This document shows, piece by piece, positions 56,726-64,000 of a DNA stretch of 64,000 nucleotides (its first letter is position 1; every line of letters begins with the position of its first letter). The DNA is taken from positions 32,001 to 96,000 of the forward strand of contig JBEKCB010000011.1 in assembly GCA_050015075.1 (NCBI GenBank), read 5' to 3'. Below the pieces are notes generated by a model, which was not told the DNA's origin, searched no databases, and saw only the letters and a program-made list of their open reading frames with translations. Source of the stretch: Candidatus Brocadiia bacterium. Lineage in GTDB: Bacteria; Planctomycetota; Brocadiia; CAIUPP01. Position numbers and translations under genes: made by a program.

Positions 56726-56962
56726 GTTCGTTCCCTCTGATGGAGAATGGTCGGGCACCCGATCGAGCGCGGCTATATTAACAGAATCCGTTTCGCCTCG
56801 CAAGGGGCTGACTGGCCGGCGGGGCCGTCATTCCCGCCTTGTCGAGCGGTCGGCGGCGGTGGTAGGATGCGCGCTGTCGCGCGGCTTAGTACAGCATTTC
56901 AGAAGTCCAGTCGGACTTGCGAAATACTGCACTTACGGATCATCCGCAAAGGCGCGCCGGCC

Positions 56963-58501
56963 ATGCTGAGCCTGATGGGCTTCTGCCGTTCCAGATCGCA
57001 CTGGCTGCTCCTCGCCGCGATCGTCCTGCTCGGCGGCTGGCTGCGGTGCTCCCGGCTCGACCTGATGGAGTTCAAGTCCGACGAGCGGGAACTGCACAGA
57101 CTGGCTGAAAAGCAGGCGAGCGGGCAGTGGCAGTTCTCAGGACTCGTCTCGAGCACGGGACTGCGGAATCCGCCGATGGCAGTCTACCTCTTCGCGATTC
57201 CGGCGCTCGTTTCGAGCGACCCCATTGCGCTGGCGATGCTGCCGGCGCTGCTCAATACGCTGGCGATCGCGCTGACGTACTTCCTCGCGCGCCGATTCCT
57301 GTCGCCCGGCGGCGCGCTGGCTGCGGCGCTGCTCTTCGCCGTCGCGCCGTGGGCGGTCATCGAGTCGAGAAAAATCTGGGCGCAGGACCTGCTGCCGTTC
57401 TTCACGGTCCTCTTTTTCATCTTCGCCTTCGCCTGGCTGCGCGAGGGGCGATGGCGCCACGCGCTGGCCATGGCCGTCACACTCTCGGTCCTCAACCAGA
57501 TTCACTACTCGAGCGTGGCGCTCTGGCTGATCCTGCTGTTCCTGCTCTGGCGGAGACGTTCGAAGCGCGCGCTGAAGCAACTGGCAGTCGGCGCCGCGCT
57601 ATACACCGTCCTGTGGGCGCCGTTCGCTGTGGTGGTGCTGCGCGGCGACGCGTTTGCGAAGGGCGATTATCGGCCGGTCCAGGCCAGCATCCGGGAAACG
57701 CCGGCCCACGGCGCCAGGGCGATGTGGTGGCAGGCGCAACTGATGGGATACGGCGGATTCGAGTCGCTGCTGGGCGTCTCGGCGCAGGATCTCTCCGGCC
57801 CAATGCCGCCGGCCGCATGGTTCACCGTCGCGTGCATGATACTGATCGTCGGCGGGCTGGCTGCCGCGATTCTCCGCCTCCGCGCACGGCCCGAATTATG
57901 GCTGCCGCTGCTGTGGTTCCTCCTGCCGACGGTGCTTCTCTCCATTCACCGGGTGATGTTTCATTACTTCATCGTCTGCTGGCCCGTCACATTCCTGCTT
58001 GCGGCGCTCTTCGGCGAATCGGTCTGGCAGTGGCTGCAAGGCCGGGCGCCGGGGATTGTCGCCTGGAGCGGCGCAGTCGCGGTTCTCGTCGCGCTCGGCC
58101 TGGCCGCGCTGGCTTGGGAAGAGGTCAGCGCGACGCGCGATTTGCTGGACTTCGTCTCCGCGAACGACGGCACGCTCGGCGAATACGGCGTCTGCTACCG
58201 CGAGAAGCTTGCGGTCGCGAGCTACCTGATTGGCGAGGTTCCCGACGGCCGGTTCAAGCTGGTTGATCACTCTCATCCCGAGCCGGATGCCGCAGATTAT
58301 GGCTATCTCGTCACCCGGCTGCGGAGCCGCCGGCCCGCGAAACCCGAAGCGGCCCGTTTCCCGAAGCCGCCGCTGTTTGTCGTGGAGAGGCCCGGAGCCG
58401 AAGAAGGAATGCGCGATCCGAAGATCTGGGAAGATCGAGGCGCCGCGCCGGTTGGCGCACTCAGCGTCCATTGTTTCGTGCCGCGGGACGGAGAGAACTG
58501 A
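56963..58501 (+). CDS. ArnT/PMT-like (GT-C) membrane glycosyltransferase
   Basis: LR......DE motif after TM1, NPP..YL, ALLFAV.PW....SR.IW; many TMs. Confidence 0.82.
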   Translation: MLSLMGFCRSRSHWLLLAAIVLLGGWLRCSRLDLMEFKSDERELHRLAEKQASGQWQFSGLVSSTGLRNPPMAVYLFAIPALVSSDPIALAMLPALLNTLAIALTYFLARRFLSPGGALAAALLFAVAPWAVIESRKIWAQDLLPFFTVLFFIFAFAWLREGRWRHALAMAVTLSVLNQIHYSSVALWLILLFLLWRRRSKRALKQLAVGAALYTVLWAPFAVVVLRGDAFAKGDYRPVQASIRETPAHGARAMWWQAQLMGYGGFESLLGVSAQDLSGPMPPAAWFTVACMILIVGGLAAAILRLRARPELWLPLLWFLLPTVLLSIHRVMFHYFIVCWPVTFLLAALFGESVWQWLQGRAPGIVAWSGAVAVLVALGLAALAWEEVSATRDLLDFVSANDGTLGEYGVCYREKLAVASYLIGEVPDGRFKLVDHSHPEPDAADYGYLVTRLRSRRPAKPEAARFPKPPLFVVERPGAEEGMRDPKIWEDRGAAPVGALSVHCFVPRDGEN

Positions 58502-58572
58502 AGGCGAATCCAGAAGCCGTTTTTCGCGCTTTCGCGGTCAAAACAGTCGTATCGTTGTCTGGAGAGCAGGCC

Positions 58573-59277
58573 ATGAAGAAGCCGCACATCGAGATCGAAT
58601 GCAAGCTGATCGCGCGCGACGCCTCCGCGCTGGCGGGCGTGCATCAGGCGCTCCGGGAAATCTGTTCGAGCGTACGTCATCTCGGGCGCGAAGTGATCCG
58701 TGACGCCTACCTGGAAACGCCCGACTGGCGCCTGTACCGCGCCGGCTACGCCTGCCGCATCCGCAGGACATCGCGGCGTCCGGCCGGCCGCGCCGTACTC
58801 GGTCTCAAATCGCTCCGGCGACCGCTGCATGGCGTCAGCATGCGCGAGGAACTGGAGCGGGTCGTCCCGTCGAGCCGCTGCCGGCGCGGCCTGTCCGCCG
58901 CGCTGCGCCGCGAGGGCGACCTGGGCGCAAAAATCCTGGGCATCCTCGACGGACGAAAGGCGCGCGTGATCTTCCGGATTCGGAACCGGCGCGATACGTA
59001 CGCTGTGCGGTTCGGCAAGCGCCTCCGCGCGCTCGTCAGTCTCGACGACTTCACGCTGATTGCCGGCCTGAAGCGACGCCGCCTTGCGGAAGTGGAAATC
59101 GAGATCCAGCAGGGGAGCGCGGAAGAGTTGCGTGAACTCGCCCGGCTGCTGATTCCACGAGTCGGCCTGAGCGCGCAGACCCGCGCGAAATTCAAGCAGG
59201 GGCTCGAACTGGCAGGGCTTACGCCGAGCGGGAAGGCTTGCTTGCCGGCCACCGGCGCGGTACACTGCAAATCGTAA
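58573..59277 (+). CDS. CYTH domain protein
   Basis: EIECK (ExExK), D.YLETPD..L......RIR, REELE, EVEIE, KF..GL. Confidence 0.85.
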   Translation: MKKPHIEIECKLIARDASALAGVHQALREICSSVRHLGREVIRDAYLETPDWRLYRAGYACRIRRTSRRPAGRAVLGLKSLRRPLHGVSMREELERVVPSSRCRRGLSAALRREGDLGAKILGILDGRKARVIFRIRNRRDTYAVRFGKRLRALVSLDDFTLIAGLKRRRLAEVEIEIQQGSAEELRELARLLIPRVGLSAQTRAKFKQGLELAGLTPSGKACLPATGAVHCKS

Positions 59278-59287
59278 CGAACAGAGC

Positions 59288-59364
59288 GCGCCCGTAGCTC
59301 AATTGGATAGAGTCGCGGGCTTCGAACCCGAAGGTTGCAGGTTCAAGTCCTGCCGGGCGCGCCA
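59288..59364 (+). tRNA. tRNA-Arg (TCG)
   Basis: GCGCCCG TA GCTC AATTGGATA GAGT, anticodon loop CT-TCG-AA, GGTTCAAGTCC, CGGGCGC G CCA. Confidence 0.95.
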
Positions 59365-59437
59365 TAAAACTCATGCGCCTGCCGACGAATAATCGGCGGG
59401 CGCTCTTGTTTCCTGCGGCGGTCGGGGGAATACGCAA

Positions 59438-59523
59438 ATCGTACTCGTCCTCGTCGTCGTCCTCGTCCTCAAATTGCCGTTCTGAACGGCCGAGGCCGAG
59501 GACGACGACGAGGACGAGAACGA
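59438..59523. repeat. GAGGAC hexamer-built hairpin
   Basis: atcgtactcgtcctcgtcgtcgtcctcgtcctc..ccgttctgaacggccgaggccgaggacgacgacgaggacgagaacga. Confidence 0.85.
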
Positions 59524-59535
59524 CGCGCACGCGTT

Positions 59536-59579
59536 AAAACAAATAGCCGCTGCTGTGTCCCTTCCACAGCAGCGGCTAT
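59536..59579 (-). terminator. Rho-independent terminator of the cold-shock gene
   Basis: 15-bp perfect stem atagccgctgctgtg/cacagcagcggctat followed on the minus strand by TTGTTTT. Confidence 0.85.
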
Positions 59580-59603
59580 CGCGTCTATCAGGCTGTCAGC
59601 CTG

Positions 59604-59810
59604 TTAGCTCACCTTCGACACGTTCGTGGCACGCGGGCCCTTCTGGCCTTTTTCGACGTCGAACGTCACGACGTCGTTCTCAGCCAGGCTCTTGAAGCCG
59701 CTGCCCTGAATCGCGGAATGATGAACGAACACGTCCGGGCTGCCGTCGTCCGGCGTAATGAAGCCAAAGCCCTTCTGATCACTGAACCACTTCACCTTAC
59801 CTTGCGCCAT
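59604..59810 (-). CDS. cspA: Cold-shock protein
   Basis: GKVKWF...KGFGFI, DVFVH.SAI, KGPRA.NV. Confidence 0.95.
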   Translation of the reverse strand: MAQGKVKWFSDQKGFGFITPDDGSPDVFVHHSAIQGSGFKSLAENDVVTFDVEKGQKGPRATNVSKVS

Positions 59811-60151
59811 GTGTCTTTCCTCTCATGCGCCTGCCTCGGCACGAATCCTCATTCGGTGAGCCGCCACATCGGGGCCCATTCGCCGGAACGAGGACGATTC
59901 GCCATCCGGGCGATTAGGTCGCGCCGTTACACGCACAGTCGGGAGAATGCCTGCGATAGAACATGTGCAAGGTAAACGGGGAAGGGAATAGGCAGGTCAG
60001 CGAGGATACGTCCGCATCGCTTGAGCCAACCAACGGGCACGGGCAGGCCACGCGACCCGCCGCGCCTTGTGTCCACCTCTGCACCACGAAGCCCTTCTAC
60101 AGTCTTCTCGTCCGCTGCGGCCCTTACGGGCCAAACCTAACTACTGGAACC

Positions 60152-60180
60152 AGTATACCGCGAAAACGCTGGATTGTCAA
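60152..60180 (-). promoter_or_regulatory. sigma70 promoter for the csp gene
   Basis: Minus strand TTGACA-N17-TATACT. Confidence 0.75.
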
Positions 60181-60267
60181 GGACGATTTCACACTATTCC
60201 GTGCCGAGCGTTTGCCCGTCGCGAACGGAGCCCGCCTCGGTTCCTGGGTTCGAATCCCGTCGGACAG

Positions 60268-60296
60268 TTTACAACCGGGCGTCTTGGAGTTACATT
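60268..60296 (+). promoter_or_regulatory. sigma70 promoter for dapB
   Basis: TTTACA-N17-TACATT. Confidence 0.55.
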
Positions 60297-60360
60297 CATG
60301 AAGTCCCGGCCGCTCCGGCGGCCGGGCGACAGGCGGTGAGCGCAGGCAACGGAGGTGACC

Positions 60361-61161
60361 ATGATACGCGTTGCAATCAACGGCGCGGCGGGGCGGATGG
60401 GCCGCCGGCTGGTGGACCTGGTGTCGCACGAGCAGGGGATGAAGGTCGTCGCCGCGTTCGAGCAGCCCGGGCATGCGGACTTGGGGCGCGACGCGGGCGA
60501 GCTGTGCGGCTGTGGAAAGCTCGGCGTTTCGCTCGCGAGCGATTGGACGGCGCCCGCGGACGTCCTGATTGATTTCAGCCTGCCCGCCGCGGCCGTGGCG
60601 CGCGCGGCCGAGGCCGCCGGCAAGGGCGTTGCGCTGGTCATCGGCACCACCGGGCTGACCGCCGATCAGAAAGCCGCCATCGCCGCCGCCGCGAAGAAAG
60701 TGCCGGTGCTCCACTCGCCGAACATGAGCGTCGGCGTCAATCTGCTCTTCCGGCTTGCGGCTGAAGTGGCCGCGGCGCTGGGCGAGGAGTACGACATCGA
60801 GATCATCGAGGCGCATCACCGGTTCAAGAAAGACGCGCCCAGCGGCACCGCGCTGCGCATCGCCGAGGAAATCGCCGCCGCCACCGGCCGGAGCCTGGCG
60901 AAGGACGCCGTCTATGGCCGGCACGGCGCGTCCGCGGAGCGGAAACCGGGCGAAATCGGCATCCACGCCGTGCGCGCCGGCGACATCGTCGGCGACCACA
61001 CGGTCCTATTCTCGGGGCTGGGAGAACGCGTCGAGGTCGTCCACCGCGCCGAATCGCGCGACACCTTCGCTCGCGGCGCCATCCGCGCCGCGAAGTTCCT
61101 CGTCGGGAAGAAGCCGGGGATGTACGCGATGGCCGACGTGCTCAGGCCGGCAGGGAAGTGA
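60361..61161 (+). CDS. dapB: 4-hydroxy-tetrahydrodipicolinate reductase
   Basis: GAAGRMG, IDFS, GTTG, PNMSVGVN, EAHHRFKKDAPSGTA, R.GDIVGDH. Confidence 0.97.
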   Translation: MIRVAINGAAGRMGRRLVDLVSHEQGMKVVAAFEQPGHADLGRDAGELCGCGKLGVSLASDWTAPADVLIDFSLPAAAVARAAEAAGKGVALVIGTTGLTADQKAAIAAAAKKVPVLHSPNMSVGVNLLFRLAAEVAAALGEEYDIEIIEAHHRFKKDAPSGTALRIAEEIAAATGRSLAKDAVYGRHGASAERKPGEIGIHAVRAGDIVGDHTVLFSGLGERVEVVHRAESRDTFARGAIRAAKFLVGKKPGMYAMADVLRPAGK

Positions 61162-61178
61162 TAGCGGACTTCTTGCGG

Positions 61179-61595
61179 TTATCTGGCAGCGCGCATTTTT
61201 CGTCGTCGGGGCCCCGGCATGACGCGTTTCGCCGGGCGAGTGCGATCGCCATGGCTGTACTTTGCCTCGCGCTCGCGGAGGATGTCCACGCAGTACGAAT
61301 TCAGGCTCCGCCGATGGCGATGAGCATCAATGGCCAGATCTCTGTGCAGATCCTTGCCGACACGCACCACGAACTTACCGGAGTATTCTCTCCCGGCTGT
61401 AGGCTCGGGCAGCGGTTCGCCATCCTCCTGGTGAATGCGGATCCATTCCTCGACGGCCTCGCACAATTCCTGGTACACCTTCGTCTCGTTCCGGCCGTGA
61501 ACGCCCCCGAGCATCAAGCCGGGACACGTCCCGACATAACAGCCGTCTTCTTCCGACCACTCGACGATTTTCAGATACCGGTCGCTCGGTTTCAT
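61179..61595 (-). CDS. hicB: HicB-family antitoxin with C-terminal RHH
   Basis: WSEEDG.YVG.CP.L....HG, G.PLPEP...YSGKFVVR....LH..L...A....SLN. Confidence 0.88.
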   Translation of the reverse strand: MKPSDRYLKIVEWSEEDGCYVGTCPGLMLGGVHGRNETKVYQELCEAVEEWIRIHQEDGEPLPEPTAGREYSGKFVVRVGKDLHRDLAIDAHRHRRSLNSYCVDILREREAKYSHGDRTRPAKRVMPGPRRRKMRAAR

Positions 61596-61786
61596 CGTCC
61601 CGCCTCCTCGACGGCCTTTGCCACATCCCGCTCCTGGTAACGTTTGGCGTCGCCACCGGGGTTCCCGCTGATCGTGATCTTGATGCCTTTCATGTGTTTG
61701 AAGTTCCGGTGGCTGCCCTTGCCTCCCCGATCAACGAAGCCGACTTTCTCAAGATCGCGGATCAACTCCCTGATCTTCCTCGGCAT
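61592..61786 (-). CDS. hicA: HicA-family toxin
   Basis: L...GF....GKGSH..F.H; ATGA overlap with hicB. Confidence 0.9.
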   Translation of the reverse strand: MPRKIRELIRDLEKVGFVDRGGKGSHRNFKHMKGIKITISGNPGGDAKRYQERDVAKAVEEAGR

Positions 61787-61790
61787 AGTT

Positions 61791-61819
61791 ATAGTACCAT
61801 AATAGTATCATTATGTCAA
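61791..61819 (-). promoter_or_regulatory. hicAB promoter with tandem operator
   Basis: TTGACA-N17-TACTAT; two ATAGTAYCAT pseudo-palindromes at 61791-61800 and 61802-61811. Confidence 0.75.
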
Positions 61820-61838
61820 GGAGAAAGTTCAGGCCGTC

Positions 61839-63218
61839 TTACGCAAGGGCTTCCGGCTTTTCGAGGAGTTCCTTCACGCGCTTGAGGAACCTGGCGGCGA
61901 TGGCGCCGTCCACGGCGCGGTGGTCGGCGCTGAGGGTGCAGGACATCATCGAGCGAACCTGGATGCCGCCGGCGATGACGACGGGCTTCTGCGCGATCCG
62001 GCCGACGCCGAGGATCGCGCTCTCGCCCGGGTTGATGACCGGGATGAAGTTGTCCACGTCGAACATCCCCAGGTTGCTGATGGTGAGACAGCCGCCTTCG
62101 TATTCGTCCGGCAGCAGGCGCTTGGAGCGCGCCTTTTCGATCATCTGAGCGGAAGTCCGCGCGGTCGCGGCCAGGTCGAGCTGGTCGGCGTTCCGGATGA
62201 CCGGCACGATCAGCCCCTCGTCGAGCGCGACCGCCAGCCCGATGTTGATCTCGGCGCGCACGCGGATGTGGTCGCCGCCCCAGATCACGTTCATCATCGG
62301 ATTTTCGCCGAGCGACTTCGCGCAGGCGCGGATCAGCAGGTCGTGGAATCCGACGCGCGTCTTTCCTCCCGCCTTCGCTGAAGCTTCCGCGGGCGAGTCC
62401 GCGTTGAGCTTCGCGCGGAGGGCCGCCGCGGCGGTCATGTCCACCTCCATCGTCAGATAGAAGTGGGGCGCTTCCCGCTTGGATTTCGCCATTCGTTCCG
62501 CGACGATCCGGCGCATGGGCGTGAGTTCGACGCGCCGCTCGCGCGCGGCCGCCGGGCGCGCCGGCGCCGCCTGGGCGGCCAGCACGTCTTCTTTCGAGAT
62601 TTTTCCGCCGGGCCCGGTTCCGCGCAGCGCCGTCAGGTCAATGCCGCGCTCGCAGGCGATCTCGATCGCAGTCGGCGTCGCGCGGACCTGTTCTCTACGC
62701 TCGAGATACGCCGACACGTCCTTCTCGACGATGCGGCCGCCGGGCCCGCTCCCGCGGAGGATCTGGAGCGGCACGCGCGCCTCCCTGGCGCGCATGCGCG
62801 CGCGAGGGGAGACGAGGATTCGGCCGGACGGACCGGGAATCGCCTCGACTTCGGCCTCGACTCCGGCAGACGCAGCGACCGACGCGCCTTCCAAGGCCGG
62901 CTTCGCGGCCGACGCCTCGGCGGCTTTTTCGCCGCGCGCGGCGGCCAGGAGTTCCGCGAGGTTGTCCGGCAGCGCGTCGGCCGGCTCGCCGGCGAGCGCG
63001 ATGACGGTGTTGACCGGCAGGGTGACTTTCTCCGGCGCGAGGATCTTCTTCAGGGTGCCGACGATGGAGGATTCGACCTCGAGCGTGGCCTTGTCGGTGG
63101 TGATCTCGAGGATCACGTCGCCTTTCCGGATCGGGTCGCCTTCGGCCTTGCGCCATTTCTCGACGGAGGCCTCGGTCATCGTCTCGCCGAGCTTCGGCAG
63201 GAGGATCTGTTGAATCAT
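61839..63218 (-). CDS. 2-oxoacid/acetoin dehydrogenase E2 (dihydrolipoamide acetyltransferase)
   Basis: Lipoyl TTDKA; two E3-binding domains (GSGPGGRI, GTGPGGKI); TISNLGM; DHRAVDG. Confidence 0.93.
   Translation of the reverse strand: MIQQILLPKLGETMTEASVEKWRKAEGDPIRKGDVILEITTDKATLEVESSIVGTLKKILAPEKVTLPVNTVIALAGEPADALPDNLAELLAAARGEKAAEASAAKPALEGASVAASAGVEAEVEAIPGPSGRILVSPRARMRAREARVPLQILRGSGPGGRIVEKDVSAYLERREQVRATPTAIEIACERGIDLTALRGTGPGGKISKEDVLAAQAAPARPAAARERRVELTPMRRIVAERMAKSKREAPHFYLTMEVDMTAAAALRAKLNADSPAEASAKAGGKTRVGFHDLLIRACAKSLGENPMMNVIWGGDHIRVRAEINIGLAVALDEGLIVPVIRNADQLDLAATARTSAQMIEKARSKRLLPDEYEGGCLTISNLGMFDVDNFIPVINPGESAILGVGRIAQKPVVIAGGIQVRSMMSCTLSADHRAVDGAIAARFLKRVKELLEKPEALA
62368..62397. 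repeat. 30-bp element inserted in-frame in the E2 gene
   Basis: cccgccttcgctgaagcttccgcgggcgag; same length and structure as the 6500-6529 copy. Confidence 0.75.
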
Positions 63219-63254
63219 GGCGGCATCTCTTCCTTCATCGTTGCGGGCCGGGCG

Positions 63255-64000
63255 CTACTTCAGGGTTTCGCGGATCGCCTTCTCGATCGCCGCCTCGTTG
63301 GGAATCGCGGCGTCTTCGAGAGGAGGACTCATCGGGACGGGCACGTTCGCCGCGCAGAGGCGGGCGATCGGCGCGTCGAGGTAATCGAAGGCGTGCTCGT
63401 TGACGCGGAAAGCGATCTCGCTGACGGCATTGTTCTCGGTGCACCCTTCGGAGACGAGGAGCAGCCGGCCGGTCTTCTTGACGGACTGAAGCAGGCAGCG
63501 CAGGTCGAGCGGCCGGAGACAGCGCAGGTCAATCATCTCCGCGTCCACGCCCTGGCCGGCGAGTTTCTGGCAGACCGCGTTGCAGCGCAGCGCCATCCGG
63601 GAATAGCTGGCGACGGTGATCTGCTTTCCTTCGCGCCGGATGGCCGCCTGGCCGAGGGGCAGAACGTAATCGCCGTCGGGCACCTCGCCCTTCGTGCCGT
63701 ACAGCATCTTGTGCTCGATGAAGAGGACCGGGTCGTTCGAGCGGATGGCGGCCTTGAGCAGGCCCTTTGCGTCGTAGGGAGTGGACGGGCAGACGATCAG
63801 GATTCCGGGCACGTGCAGGAACCACGCCTCGAGGCTCTGCGAGTGCTGCGCGGCGATGCTGCGGCCGGCGCCGCCTTCCGTGCGCAGGACCATCGGCACG
63901 CAGGTCTTGCCGCCGAACATGTAGCGGTTCTTGGCGCCCTGGTTGCAGAACTGGTCCATGGCGATGGTCATGAAATCCATGTACATGATCTCGGCGACGG
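63255..64000 (-). CDS. Pyruvate/acetoin dehydrogenase E1 beta subunit (5' partial)
   Basis: VAEIMYMDF, AAQHSQSLE, PSTPYDAKGLL, EHK.LY, IDLR.LRPLD, LDAPI.R. Confidence 0.93.
   Translation of the reverse strand, partial: VAEIMYMDFMTIAMDQFCNQGAKNRYMFGGKTCVPMVLRTEGGAGRSIAAQHSQSLEAWFLHVPGILIVCPSTPYDAKGLLKAAIRSNDPVLFIEHKMLYGTKGEVPDGDYVLPLGQAAIRREGKQITVASYSRMALRCNAVCQKLAGQGVDAEMIDLRCLRPLDLRCLLQSVKKTGRLLLVSEGCTENNAVSEIAFRVNEHAFDYLDAPIARLCAANVPVPMSPPLEDAAIPNEAAIEKAIRETLK

Noticed and set aside
61158-61640. 160-aa plus-strand ORF after dapB
   Set aside because: Antisense to hicB/hicA, which have clear family motifs.

Overview
High-GC bacterial chromosomal window; gene content suggests Planctomycetota/PVC (an inference). 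It is mostly housekeeping genes: LptC/LptA-like, ribD, pyrB, ruvC, holA, polX, rny, dnaJ, nadC, trpB2, dapB, a cold-shock gene, pdh/aco E1-beta and E2, tRNA-Ser(GGA) and tRNA-Arg(TCG). It also has a 16.5-kb uncharacterised MoxR-VWA-DUF58-DUF4159 cluster with exported partners and a parS site inside it, a lower-GC accessory block at the 3' side of tRNA-Ser, and a hicAB module. The most striking unexplained structure is a layered set of small palindromic elements. About 15 intergenic short-period (6-9 nt) repeat tracts, mostly forming hairpins, are present. A 30-bp element inserts precisely into these repeats and in-frame into the E2 gene. A CCCTTCG..GCTCAGGG element sits in-frame in ribD and nested inside other repeats. 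GTAG-type REP doublets also occur. No cognate transposase is in the window. Other candidates are a structured RNA in the ~530-nt rny leader, a sigma54 promoter with a possible enhancer site, a LacI-type operator on an unusual 3-gene operon, and a beta-propeller/TIGR03790 fusion. Domain calls are from motif recognition by eye; no searches were run.
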